From Deltaproteobacteria bacterium (GTDB taxonomy: Bacteria > Desulfobacterota > Syntrophia > Syntrophales > UBA2192), in contig JAAYEC010000075.1 of NCBI GenBank assembly GCA_012728915.1, forward strand, positions 82 through 64,081: 64,000 nt of DNA, written 5' to 3'. Positions 26,899-36,424 of this stretch are shown in pieces (position 1 is the first letter of the stretch; each line of letters begins with the position of its first letter). Made by a program: the position numbers and the translations under genes. Under the pieces are notes generated by a model. It worked only from the letters and a program-made list of their open reading frames with translations, was not told the DNA's origin and did no database searches.

Positions 26899-26917
26899 AC
26901 GATCCTCCCTGTTCCGG

Positions 26918-28279
26918 TCACCTGTCTTTTTTTGTCTCCGGCCTGTCACCCTCTTCCCAGCCGACCCCCATGGCCCGATCGAGCACCGCCCGCGCGATCC
27001 GGTAGTCGCACAGGGCATTGGACCAGGAGGCCCTGGCCGAGGTCAGCAGCGTGAGGGCATCGAGAACGTCCGTCATCCGGGATACCTGCTCCCGGTAACG
27101 CTCCTGGTTGATCCGGTAGTTCTCCTCGGCCTGCTCGATTGACTTTTCCGTCACGGCGATGAGCGCTTCGGCCTCCTTCACCGCGAGCCAGGCGTTTTTC
27201 ACCTCGAGAGAGACCTGATCCTGGACGCCGGTCAGCATGTTCCGCGCCTGTTTCTCCTGGCTGACGCTCGCATCTCGGGCATACTTCGTGCGCCCCCACT
27301 CCCAGAGATCCCACGTCGCCACGGCCGCGACGGACCAGTTCTCGGGGTCCCGGTATCGGGAGCCGTTGAGGTCGCCGCCGTCGCCGTAGCGCTGGTAGCT
27401 GCCGACCACATTCAGCGACGGGTAGAACTCGCTCTCCACGACCCTGACCCTCTTGCCCGCCTGCTCGGCCCTCGCGGCAAAGAGGCGGATTTCGGGCCTG
27501 TTCTCGAGGGCCGTTTTCAGGCACTCCTCGAAGGGGGTCTCGTAAGGGGTGTGGCCGAGGATGTCCTCCACCTCGGCTGCCGCGTCGATGGAGCGCCGCA
27601 GCACCGTGTTGAACCGGGCCTTGGCCTCCAGCAGCCTGTTCTCGGCCCGGACGAGACCCTGGGTGCCGTCGGCCAGCCTCACCTCGGCCTGCAGGTAATC
27701 GTTGCGGGGGACCAGGCCCACCTCGTAAAAACTCTTCGCCAGGTCCCTCTGGGCCGAGAGCTGCTCGACGGACTGCTTCGCCACGCCGACGAGACGCCGT
27801 GCCTTGAGGATGGTGAAATACGAACGTTTCACCTCCAGAACGATGTCCTGCAGCGTTCCCCGTTCTTCCTGCCTCGACGCGTCAACCCCCAGCCTCTGGA
27901 TATCGTAGTTCGCCTTGATCCGTCCCCCCGTGAAGAGGGGCTGCCGGGCATCGAGGGACCAGGTGTAGTTGTTCTCCGTCCCGGTGATCTTCTCGCCGAT
28001 GGGCGCATCGAGCCTCACGAAGGGCTCCTCGTTGAGCCTCGTGTACCCGTAAGACGTGCTGATCTTGGGGAGAAACCCCGTGAAGGCCTCCTTCCGCCTC
28101 GCCTCCGATGCAAGGACCCCTTCCCGTGCCGACTGGATGACGACGCTTTGTTTCAGCGCAAGGGCAATGCTTTCCTCCAGCGTCATCGCCGCCGCACCCT
28201 TCTGCGCCCCGGCGACATTGAGCGAGATCAGGACCCAGCATGCGCCGGTGATGGTTCCAATCCGTGTGAATCGTTTCAT
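26918..28279 (-). CDS. TolC family outer membrane efflux protein
   Basis: MTLEESIALAL, FLPKIS, QPLFTGG, FYPSL, WDLWEWG; two OEP repeats. Confidence 0.92.
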   Translation of the reverse strand: MKRFTRIGTITGACWVLISLNVAGAQKGAAAMTLEESIALALKQSVVIQSAREGVLASEARRKEAFTGFLPKISTSYGYTRLNEEPFVRLDAPIGEKITGTENNYTWSLDARQPLFTGGRIKANYDIQRLGVDASRQEERGTLQDIVLEVKRSYFTILKARRLVGVAKQSVEQLSAQRDLAKSFYEVGLVPRNDYLQAEVRLADGTQGLVRAENRLLEAKARFNTVLRRSIDAAAEVEDILGHTPYETPFEECLKTALENRPEIRLFAARAEQAGKRVRVVESEFYPSLNVVGSYQRYGDGGDLNGSRYRDPENWSVAAVATWDLWEWGRTKYARDASVSQEKQARNMLTGVQDQVSLEVKNAWLAVKEAEALIAVTEKSIEQAEENYRINQERYREQVSRMTDVLDALTLLTSARASWSNALCDYRIARAVLDRAMGVGWEEGDRPETKKDR

Positions 28280-28370
28280 ACCGCTCACCTCACTGCCGTG
28301 CATGTATGATCAACAGGCCCTTCCTTACCCTTTCCTCACTTCTTCCGCTTCCTTCACCGTCACGAAGCGG

Positions 28371-29492
28371 CTAATCCAGCCTCTTCCGGAACCGCCCCAC
28401 GGCCCCGGCAAACACCGCCGCCCCCAGGATGACGAGGGCCAGGTACTGGGGCCAGAGGACCTCCATCCCCACGCCCTTGAGAAAGACGCCCCGGATGATG
28501 ACGATCATGAAGCGAAGGGGGTTCAGGCAGGTGAGCCACTGCACCGCGACCGGCATGTTCTCGATGGGAAAGATGAACCCGGAGAGCATGAAAAAGGGCA
28601 CGATGAAGAAGAAGGTCGTCATCATGGCCTGCTGCTGGGTGGCCGAAATCGTGGAAATGAAGAGACCGATGCCGAGGTTGCTCAGCAGAAAGAGGCACAC
28701 GCCCGCGAACATCAGCAGGACGCTGCCCCGCATGGGCACGTCGAACCAGAAGACGGCAAAGAGGCTCACCGCCACCATCTGGGCAATCGAGATCAGGGTG
28801 TAGGGGATCGTCTTGCCGAGGATCAGCTCGAAAGGCCGCATGGGCGTCACGATGAGCTGCTCCATGGTCCCCACCTCCTTCTCCTTGATGATCGCCATGG
28901 ACGTGAAGAGCAGCGAGATGATCATGATCAGGACGGCGACAATGCCGGGGACGAAGAAGTCCCGGCTCTCCAGGTTCGGGTTGAACCAGGTCCTGGTGCG
29001 GGCGTCGATGCGGCCGTAGTCGACCCGCTGGGGAACCAATTCGCGGAGGAAGTCCTGGCTGAGCTTCTCGAGGACCTGCAACGTGTAGGCGACCCGCACC
29101 CCGGCGAGGTTGCTCATGCTGCCGTCGGCCAGCACCTGGACGGCGGCCGTCCGGCCGCTGCGAACGCGCTCGCTGAAGTCGGGGGCGATCTTGACGGCCA
29201 CGTCCACCCGGCGCCGCAGCAGGAGCTCCTCCAGTTCCCGGGGATCGTCCACGCGGTGCGTGATCCGGAAGACGGGGCTCCCCTCGAAGGCCTGGCTCAC
29301 GAGCCGGCTCTCCCTCGTCCGGGACTGGTCGAGAATCCCCATCTTGATGTCCCGCACGTCCGTCGAGACCACGTAGCCGAAGATGAGGAGCTGGATGAAC
29401 GGCATGACGACGAGAATGGGCCGGTTCTTCCGGTCCCGGAAGAGCTGGATGAACTCCTTGCGGACGATCTCGCGGATCCGGACCCGGTTCAT
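28371..29492 (-). CDS. ABC-2 type permease (YbhR-like)
   Basis: KEFIQLFRD, WFNPNLES, KEKEVGTMEQLIVTP, SGFIFPIENMP. Confidence 0.93.
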   Translation of the reverse strand: MNRVRIREIVRKEFIQLFRDRKNRPILVVMPFIQLLIFGYVVSTDVRDIKMGILDQSRTRESRLVSQAFEGSPVFRITHRVDDPRELEELLLRRRVDVAVKIAPDFSERVRSGRTAAVQVLADGSMSNLAGVRVAYTLQVLEKLSQDFLRELVPQRVDYGRIDARTRTWFNPNLESRDFFVPGIVAVLIMIISLLFTSMAIIKEKEVGTMEQLIVTPMRPFELILGKTIPYTLISIAQMVAVSLFAVFWFDVPMRGSVLLMFAGVCLFLLSNLGIGLFISTISATQQQAMMTTFFFIVPFFMLSGFIFPIENMPVAVQWLTCLNPLRFMIVIIRGVFLKGVGMEVLWPQYLALVILGAAVFAGAVGRFRKRLD

Positions 29493-29493
29493 C

Positions 29494-30633
29494 CTAGAGG
29501 CCCTCCCTGCGCATCTTCACGACGGCCACCGCCGCGCTGAGGCCGAACATGGCAAGCAGCACGAGATAGCTCGGCCACAGGTAACCCATCCCCACGTTCC
29601 GCAGGAACAGGCCGTTCAGAATGTCGATGTAGTACGTCGCCGGGACGATGTAGGTCACGGCCTGGAGCATCCGGGGCATGTTCTCCACGGGAAAGACGAA
29701 GTTCGACAGCAGAAGGGCCGGCAGGTACGACGCGAGAAGCGCGATCTGATTGGCCACGAGCTGGGACTTCGTGGCGATCGAGATGAAGAGCCCGAGCCCG
29801 AGCGCCACGGACAGGTACAGCGACGAGGCGAGGATCATGAGCCAGAAACTCCCCTTCATGACGATCCCGAAGAGCAGCTGCCCCATGAGAAGCGCCACGA
29901 GGACATCCGTCATGGCGATGAGGAAGTAGGGGATGGCTTTCCCCGCGAGGAACTCGAAGGCGTTCAGCGGCAGGGAGCGGATGGTTTCCATGGTCCCGTT
30001 TTCGTACTCCCTCGCGATGACGAGCGAGGTCAGCATGGCCCCCACGATCATGATGATGACGGCGATGATGCCGGGCACGATGAAGTTGCGGCTCTCGAGC
30101 TCCTCGTTGAACCAGACCCGGACGCGCCCCTCCACGGGCGGGCGCAGCCCGTCGATCCCCTGCCGGTCCAGGAAATCGGCCAGGAGCCTGCCGTTGTAGC
30201 GCTCGACGAAGGAAATGATGTAACCGCGGGAGATCGATCCGATGTTCGGGTCGCTCGCGTCGATGAGGACCTGCAGGGGCGCGTCGCGGTTCGATCGGAT
30301 GTCCTCGGTCCACCGCGGCGGAACGACAATGGCGATCGTGGCCTTGCCCGCGTCGAGCCACTCCGCGGCGGTACGGTCGTCGGGCAGGATGGCCGCCAGG
30401 TGGAAGTAGGCCGACGCGTCGAGGCGGCCTGCAAAATCCCTGGAGAGCGACGTGCGGTCGTGATCGACGACGACGACCTTCACGTTGTCCACGTCGAGCG
30501 AAAGCGCATAGCCGAACAGCAGGATGAGCACGAGCGGCAGCGCAAAGGCCATGTACAGGCTCCGGTAGTCCCGGACGATGTGGTAGAACTCCTTCCGGGC
30601 CACGGCCTGCACGTTTCGGGGATGGATCAGCAT
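29494..30633 (-). CDS. ABC-2 type permease (YbhS-like)
   Basis: KEFYHIVRD, LFGYALSLDV, WFNEELES, AREYENGTME. Confidence 0.93.
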   Translation of the reverse strand: MLIHPRNVQAVARKEFYHIVRDYRSLYMAFALPLVLILLFGYALSLDVDNVKVVVVDHDRTSLSRDFAGRLDASAYFHLAAILPDDRTAAEWLDAGKATIAIVVPPRWTEDIRSNRDAPLQVLIDASDPNIGSISRGYIISFVERYNGRLLADFLDRQGIDGLRPPVEGRVRVWFNEELESRNFIVPGIIAVIIMIVGAMLTSLVIAREYENGTMETIRSLPLNAFEFLAGKAIPYFLIAMTDVLVALLMGQLLFGIVMKGSFWLMILASSLYLSVALGLGLFISIATKSQLVANQIALLASYLPALLLSNFVFPVENMPRMLQAVTYIVPATYYIDILNGLFLRNVGMGYLWPSYLVLLAMFGLSAAVAVVKMRREGL

Positions 30634-30637
30634 CGCA

Positions 30638-30682
30638 GTCTGTTCCGTCTGTTCGATCTGTTCGGTCTATGCCGTCTGTTCC
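30638..30682. repeat. Five tandem 9-mers (consensus GTCTGTTCS)
   Basis: gtctgttcc gtctgttcg atctgttcg gtctatgcc gtctgttcc fill the intergenic gap. Confidence 0.85.
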
Positions 30683-30683
30683 G

Positions 30684-31520
30684 TCATGCCTTCTTATTCC
30701 CTCCCTCTTCCCCCTGGTTCCTGGACCCTGTACCCTGAACCCTTTCTTTTTTCATCAGCCGGATGAACGCCTCGTTCAGCGTGGCCCCTTCCTCGCCGGG
30801 GCAGGCCCCGCGGATGATCTCCCCGGGGCTGCCGATGGCGACGATGCGGCCCTCGTTGATCATGACGATGCGGTCGCAGTTCAGGGCCTCGTCCATGTAG
30901 TGCGTCGTGACGAAGACGGTGACCCCCTGCCCGGCCAGCTCGCGGATGAATTCCCAGAAATGGCGCCGGGTGCCGGGATCGACGCCCGAGGTGGGCTCGT
31001 CCAGGAACAGGATCTCCGGACGGTGCAGCAGGGCACAGGCCAGCGCCAGGCGCTGGCGCCAGCCCGGCGCGAGCTCCCGCGTCAGCCGGTCACGCATCCC
31101 GCCGAGCCGGGCCATGCCGAGGGCCCACTCCGTGCGCTCCGGCCAGTCCCTCTCGGGAACGCTGTAGATCCCCAGGTAGAAGCGGATGTTCTCCACCGGC
31201 GTGAGGTCCTCGTAGAGCGAGAATTTCTGGGACATGTACCCGATCGTCTGCTTGATCGACTCGGACTGGCGCACGACATCGTAGCCCGCCACGAGACCGG
31301 AGCCTGCCGACGGCGTGATGATGCCGCAGAGCATGCGGATGGTCGTCGATTTTCCGGCGCCGTTGGGGCCGAGGAACCCGAAGATCTCGCCGCGGTCGAT
31401 GGAGAAGCTGACGCGGTCGACGGCGACAAAATCGCCGAATCGCTTCTCCAGGTCCCGAACCGAGACGATGGGAGTCCCATTTTCTCCGCTGCCGGCCGCG
31501 CCCGGCTGACGATTCCTCAC
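30684..31520 (-). CDS. ABC transporter ATP-binding protein
   Basis: GPNGAGKST, YMSQKFSLY, FLDEPTSGVDP; GTG overlaps the upstream TGA. Confidence 0.92.
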   Translation of the reverse strand: MRNRQPGAAGSGENGTPIVSVRDLEKRFGDFVAVDRVSFSIDRGEIFGFLGPNGAGKSTTIRMLCGIITPSAGSGLVAGYDVVRQSESIKQTIGYMSQKFSLYEDLTPVENIRFYLGIYSVPERDWPERTEWALGMARLGGMRDRLTRELAPGWRQRLALACALLHRPEILFLDEPTSGVDPGTRRHFWEFIRELAGQGVTVFVTTHYMDEALNCDRIVMINEGRIVAIGSPGEIIRGACPGEEGATLNEAFIRLMKKERVQGTGSRNQGEEGGNKKA

Positions 31521-32308
31521 CGTTCTGCCGCCTCCGCTTCCCCGCTGCCGGACCCGAACCCGTCCCGCGCCGTCTCCCCGTCCGTCTCCTCGATCCGCCG
31601 GATCATGGCCTCTTCGAGAGTCGCAAAGGGGGAGCGGATCTCGCCGGGCGTTCCCTCCGCCAGGATGGACGCGCGGTGCATCAGGGCGAGCCGGTCGCAT
31701 TTTTCGCCCTCGTCGAGGTAGGCCGTCGAGACGACGATCGTCATCCCCGAGCGCCTCATCTCGAGGAGGATCTCCCAGAACTCCTGCCGCGAGACGGGAT
31801 CGACGCCGTTGGTCGGCTCGTCGAGGATCAGGACCCGCGGCTCGTGCACCAGCACGCAGGCAAGGCCCAGCTTCTGCTTCATGCCGCCCGAGAGCTTCCC
31901 CGCCGGCCGGTCGGCAAAGGGCAGGAGGTTCGAAAACCCGAGGTACCGCTCGCGTCTCGACTTCCGCTCCCGGCGCGGGATGCCGAAGATGTCCATGAAG
32001 AAGGCAAGGTTCTCGTCGACCGTGAGATCGGCCCAGAGACCGAAGCGCTGGGGCATGTACCCGATGAGCCGCTTCACCTTCCGCTGCTCGCCCCTGACGT
32101 CGAGACCTCCCAGGGCGATCCGCCCGGCGCCCGGCGGAAGCATGGTGGCCATCATGCGCAGAAGCGTCGACTTGCCCGCTCCGTCGGAGCCCACGAGCCC
32201 GAAGATCGAGCCCTCCTCGACCGCCAGCGACACGTCCCGCACGGCCTCCACCTGCCCGAACCGGCAGGAGACGTTCTCGACCTCGATCATGGGCTTTCCT
32301 TCAGTCAC
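31517..32308 (-). CDS. ABC transporter ATP-binding protein
   Basis: GSDGAGKST, YMPQRFGL, LSGGMKQK, LDEPTNGVDP, STAYLDE. Confidence 0.93.
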   Translation of the reverse strand: MTEGKPMIEVENVSCRFGQVEAVRDVSLAVEEGSIFGLVGSDGAGKSTLLRMMATMLPPGAGRIALGGLDVRGEQRKVKRLIGYMPQRFGLWADLTVDENLAFFMDIFGIPRRERKSRRERYLGFSNLLPFADRPAGKLSGGMKQKLGLACVLVHEPRVLILDEPTNGVDPVSRQEFWEILLEMRRSGMTIVVSTAYLDEGEKCDRLALMHRASILAEGTPGEIRSPFATLEEAMIRRIEETDGETARDGFGSGSGEAEAAER

Positions 32309-32355
32309 GATGGTTTCTTCCCCTGCCTTTCGCCCTTCGCCTTATGCCTTTCACC

Positions 32356-33372
32356 TCATCTGATCCACACATCCGCCGGCATCCCCGTCTTGAGCTCCAG
32401 GTTCGGGTTCGGCACGGCCACCTCCACGAGGTAGACAAGCTTCACGCGTTCCTTCTGCGTCTGGATGATCTTGGGGGTGAACTCCCCCTCGGGCGAGATG
32501 AAGCTGACCGTGCCCTCGAAGGTTTTCCCGGCGTGGCTGTCCACCTTCACGTCGGCCTTCTGTCCCGGCCTGACCTGTCCGATCTCCGTCTCGCCGACGT
32601 AGATTTTGACTTTGACGCCGGAGAGATCGGACAGGGTCATTGCCTGGCGGGTGGGCGTCACGACCTCGCCGGGCTCGATGTTGCGGCTCGTCACGATCCC
32701 CGGGAAGGGGGCCCGCAGTTCCGTGCGCTCCAGCTGGATCCGGGCCTGCTCCAGGGCGGCCTTCGACGCCGCGGCTTGGGCCCTGGCCGCCTCCAGCTCA
32801 CGCTCCATGGCCCCGATCCGGCCCAGATTGCTCTTCGCCTGGCGCAGAACGGCCTCGGCCTCAGCCACCCGGGACCGGGCCGTGTCATCGTTGAGCTTGA
32901 CCCCTTCCCACTCTTTTTTCGAGACGACCTGCCGCGCGTAGAGCTGGTCGTAGCGCTCCCGGTTCGACTGCGCCTCCGTCAGCACGTCCCGCGCGTTCGC
33001 CAGCCCCGCTTCGGCCCTGGCCACGTCGTCGGGCAGAGCCCTGCGGCTGACCTCGAGGATCGCCGCCAGCTGGGCGGCGCCCTTCTCGGCCCGATCCAGC
33101 GTGGCCCGGGCCTGCTCGTGGGCCGCCTCGAACTCGCTGCGGTCGAGTTCCGCCAGCGGCTGGTCCTTCTCCACCCGCTGCCCCTCCGTGACGAGCACCT
33201 TCACGACCCTTCCCCCGACCTGGAAGGACAGGTTCGAAAGGGTTGCGGCCTCGATCGTCCCCGAATAGGTCAGGCCGCCTTTCTTCGCACCCTGCTGGCC
33301 GAGCCAGACGACAAGCCCCGCACCGAGCAGCAGCAGGACAAACGAACCGATGATGATCTTCTTCTTTTTCAA
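32356..33372 (-). CDS. HlyD-family periplasmic adaptor (YbhG-like)
   Basis: N-terminal TM, SGTIEA, alpha-hairpin, EGEFTPKIIQT..ERVKLVY, LKTGMPAD; TTG start with GGAGG. Confidence 0.92.
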   Translation of the reverse strand: MKKKKIIIGSFVLLLLGAGLVVWLGQQGAKKGGLTYSGTIEAATLSNLSFQVGGRVVKVLVTEGQRVEKDQPLAELDRSEFEAAHEQARATLDRAEKGAAQLAAILEVSRRALPDDVARAEAGLANARDVLTEAQSNRERYDQLYARQVVSKKEWEGVKLNDDTARSRVAEAEAVLRQAKSNLGRIGAMERELEAARAQAAASKAALEQARIQLERTELRAPFPGIVTSRNIEPGEVVTPTRQAMTLSDLSGVKVKIYVGETEIGQVRPGQKADVKVDSHAGKTFEGTVSFISPEGEFTPKIIQTQKERVKLVYLVEVAVPNPNLELKTGMPADVWIR

Positions 33373-33397
33373 CGGAATCCTCCTCCCCTCCCGACTG

Positions 33398-34072
33398 TCA
33401 TGTCTGTGCCGTTCGCCGTTGCGGTCCGGCCTTTGCTACGCTTCGCCGGCCGGCTGGTTTTCCCCTGCCGGTCGCGGCCGCATGCTTCCTGAGCGTGCCC
33501 CTGACGAACAGGCGGACAAACTCGGCCGCGAACCGCTCCCGGCGGCGCAGGTCCGCCCTCTCCTCGAAAAAGAAACTCAGTCCGTGCACGTCGGCAAAGA
33601 GGGCGCCGAGGAACGCCCGGGCGGCATGATCGGCGTCGAAATCGAGGAGAATGCCCCGCTGCTGCAGGCGGCGGAAATAGTCGGCCAGAATGCCGAACAC
33701 CTCTCCGAGAATTCCCCGGAAGATGTCCCTCACCGGTGCGGGGTAGGAAAGCCGCTCGGCCAGCATGATCCGGATCAGGTCGCGGCGCTCGTCGAGGGTC
33801 GACAGGAAATGCCGCGCGATCGCCAGGAGCGTCTCCTCGTAGCCGGCCCCTTCCAGCCGGGGAAGGATCCCTTTCATCGTCGGCAGGAAGGAGTAAACCC
33901 GGATCACCTCCCCGAAGAGCTTCTCCTTCGAGCCGAAATGACGGAACAGGGTCACCTCGGCGACCCCGGCCTCCCCTGCGATCCGGCGCGTGGTGGCGCC
34001 CAGGAAGCCCCTCTGCGAGAAGAGCCGGAGCGCGGCGGCCAGAATGGTTTCCCGTGTTGGTTCTGCTTTCAT
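33398..34072 (-). CDS. TetR/AcrR family transcriptional regulator
   Basis: ILAAALRLFSQRGF..ATTRRIA..AGV..VTLFRHFGSKE HTH. Confidence 0.93.
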   Translation of the reverse strand: MKAEPTRETILAAALRLFSQRGFLGATTRRIAGEAGVAEVTLFRHFGSKEKLFGEVIRVYSFLPTMKGILPRLEGAGYEETLLAIARHFLSTLDERRDLIRIMLAERLSYPAPVRDIFRGILGEVFGILADYFRRLQQRGILLDFDADHAARAFLGALFADVHGLSFFFEERADLRRRERFAAEFVRLFVRGTLRKHAAATGRGKPAGRRSVAKAGPQRRTAQT

Positions 34073-34114
34073 GTACGTATGCACTTACTTACATAAACGG
34101 GAATGACCTGTCAA
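34071..34114 (-). promoter_or_regulatory. Promoter (TTGACA at 34109-34114) with overlapping 24-bp palindromic TetR operator
   Basis: ATGTACGTATGCACTTACTTACAT (34071-34094) is an imperfect inverted repeat covering the -10 region and abutting the ATG. Confidence 0.7.
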
Positions 34115-34436
34115 GGAGAAGAATCGAGGGGCGGGGGGCGAAGGGGGGAACGGTGGACAGGGGCCGGGGCTCGCGACGCACCGGCAGGCGGGCAGCCGTG
34201 GAAAACGGCGGGGCGACGACCGGCCCTGCGGTGCCGCGCACGGACCTTCCGGTTTGCCGTCCCCGATGAAGGCTGTGCCGGGAGATCCTCGATGCAGGCG
34301 GCTCTTCCCGGGGCCCTGCACTCGATCCTCCGACCTGATCGACGCGCGGTCCCGCGGCCGGCAGACCCCGCCCGCCGGCCTCTTTCCGGTTTTTTCCCCG
34401 CATCCTTCGGATCGCAGGCCCGCCGGAGACGGGATG

Positions 34437-34739
34437 TCACTCCTTGATGTCGAAGTGTCGGTCGAGACGCATGGTCTTCAGCAGGCCCAGGATCTCCTTG
34501 GACACGTTGACAATCGCGAGCCGTCCCTGTTTCTTCTTGAGCGAGTTGTGGGCCGCGATCAGCACCCCGAGACCGATGGAGTCGATCATCTGCACTCTCG
34601 CCAGGTCGATGGTCACGTCCGTGACGCCCTCTTCGATGAGAGACCACAGGTTGCGTCGCAGCTCCTGGGCATAGGAGGCGACGACGTCCCTCCCGGGGGC
34701 GATGAGCGTTTGCTTTTCGTTCTGGATGACCTGTTCCAT
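34437..34739 (-). CDS. STAS domain anti-sigma factor antagonist
   Basis: IDLARVQMIDSIGLGVL with the conserved phospho-Ser. Confidence 0.92.
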   Translation of the reverse strand: MEQVIQNEKQTLIAPGRDVVASYAQELRRNLWSLIEEGVTDVTIDLARVQMIDSIGLGVLIAAHNSLKKKQGRLAIVNVSKEILGLLKTMRLDRHFDIKE

Positions 34740-34793
34740 GAAACCTCCTGTTGATTCGATAGGCTTGATGAGCATGATACGGGACCCGCCGCG

Positions 34794-35213
34794 TCAGTCA
34801 CGCTTCCAGTAGACGGCAAGCCGGTTTCCCTTCTCGTTGTACTGAAATCCGGAGGAGTAGAGCGTCATGATGGCCGTCCCCCGGCCGGATTCGGACGTGA
34901 TGTCGGGGATGTCGGCCGTCTGGCTCTTCCAGTCGAAGCCGTCGCCGTCATCCTCCACCTCCATGGTGAGCCCTCCCGGGTCTAGCCGCAGGCTGTAGCG
35001 GATGCGGGAGTCCTCTTCGTGGCGGCTCCCGTAGAGCACCGCATTGGTCAGGGCCTCGCGCATGATGAGCAGGACTCCGAAGGCGTCGATTCCCGCGCCG
35101 TTTTCCGCGAGGAAGCGCTCGGTCTCTCGGCCTGCCTCGTCGATGTAGCGGAGTTTCGGCGCAAGAAAGACCTCCAATCCTTCCGGCGCCCGGCTGACCT
35201 CGAAACCGTCCAT
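34794..35213 (-). CDS. RsbW-like anti-sigma factor / Ser kinase (HATPase_c)
   Basis: EALTNAVLYG, VEDDGDGFDW, ESGRG, YNEKGN. Confidence 0.88.
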   Translation of the reverse strand: MDGFEVSRAPEGLEVFLAPKLRYIDEAGRETERFLAENGAGIDAFGVLLIMREALTNAVLYGSRHEEDSRIRYSLRLDPGGLTMEVEDDGDGFDWKSQTADIPDITSESGRGTAIMTLYSSGFQYNEKGNRLAVYWKRD

Positions 35214-35248
35214 GATTCCCCTTCCGTGCAAAATTCAGTCCGCGGCGC

Positions 35249-36400
35249 TCACACCTCCACGCCGAGCAGCAGCACGTCGTCCTGCATGCGTCCCCGGTCC
35301 GGGCAGATCAGGGACACGATCTCGTCAACGGCCCTCCCGATCGGCTGCTCCCGCGTCTCGGCGCAGCAGGCCATGAGCGCGTCGATCCCCTCCTCGCGGC
35401 CCCGCGGGTCGTCGCCGAAGACCTCGAGCAGGCCGTCGGTGAAGAGAAAGAACCGCTCCCCCGCGCAGACCGGCATGCGGAGAGGCTCGAAGAGGACATC
35501 CTCGAAGACGCCCAGGATGTCGCCCTCGGCGGCCAGCGTCCGGATCTCGCCCGCCCGGGACAGGTGGATCACCGGGAGGTGCCCGGCATTGACGACGGTG
35601 AGCTCCGAGCGTCCCCGGTCGAGCCGCGCGTAGACGCCGGTCAGGTGTTCGCCGTTCTTCATGAGGCTCGTGAACACGCGGTTGATGACCTGCATCGTCT
35701 CCTGGGGCGGGATCTGCGGCCCCGTGTTCTGGCTGATCAGGGCCTTGAGCGCGAAGGTGTTGTAGGAGGTGCGGATGTCATGACCACTGAAATCGGCGGC
35801 GAAATAGCCGAAGGCTCCCTCCCCCAGGGGAAAGACGTCATAAAAGTCTCCGCCCGCCTCGATGATGGGCGTGTAGCTCACGCCGAACACCGCCTCGGGA
35901 AACTCCACCGGCCGCGTCAGGATCGCCTGCTGGGCCTCGTGGACCTGCCTGAGCTTGGCCGCCTGCAACTCGATGATGCCCCGGTAGGTATCCCGCGTCT
36001 CGAGGTGCCGGCCCACCCTCGCGAGGACCTCCTTCTTGTCGAAGGGCTTGGTCATGTAATCCACGGCCCCGAGGGTCAGACCCGTCACCTTGCTCTCCGT
36101 GTCCGTCTTGGCCGACAGGAACACGACGGGGATGTGGGCCGTCTGCGGGTCCTTCTTGAGTTTTTCGCAGGATTCGAACCCGCTCTCCCCGGGCATCATG
36201 ATGTCCAGGAGGATCAGGTCCGGAAGACGGCTGGCGGCCAGCTTCCTTCCCTCGGGCCCGTTTTCGGCCGCGAGCGTCCGGTAGCCGCCGGCGTCCAGGA
36301 TCTTTTCGAGCAGCCGGATGTTGACGGGGTGATCGTCGACGATCAGGATGGTCCCCTTCCGCCCGTCGGCCGGACTGTTCTTGTCGGGTTGTGTCGACAT
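35249..36400 (-). CDS. Response regulator with PP2C/SpoIIE phosphatase domain (RsbU/RsbY-like)
   Basis: REC (ILIVDD...LLDIMMP) plus AGGDFYD, ADFSGH, NAGH, FTDGL, QDD. Confidence 0.93.
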   Translation of the reverse strand: MSTQPDKNSPADGRKGTILIVDDHPVNIRLLEKILDAGGYRTLAAENGPEGRKLAASRLPDLILLDIMMPGESGFESCEKLKKDPQTAHIPVVFLSAKTDTESKVTGLTLGAVDYMTKPFDKKEVLARVGRHLETRDTYRGIIELQAAKLRQVHEAQQAILTRPVEFPEAVFGVSYTPIIEAGGDFYDVFPLGEGAFGYFAADFSGHDIRTSYNTFALKALISQNTGPQIPPQETMQVINRVFTSLMKNGEHLTGVYARLDRGRSELTVVNAGHLPVIHLSRAGEIRTLAAEGDILGVFEDVLFEPLRMPVCAGERFFLFTDGLLEVFGDDPRGREEGIDALMACCAETREQPIGRAVDEIVSLICPDRGRMQDDVLLLGVEV

Positions 36401-36424
36401 GCTCTGTTCCTTTTCGGGATGGGG

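Noticed and set aside
30638-30682. Short tandem repeats as a possible CRISPR array
   Set aside because: Units are 7-9 bp with no spacers, and no cas genes are present.
34200-34270. GGCAAACCGGAAGG on the minus strand downstream of the signalling operon as a possible c-di-GMP riboswitch
   Set aside because: No GCAAAG or second-stem consensus; a separate promoter lies between it and tetR.
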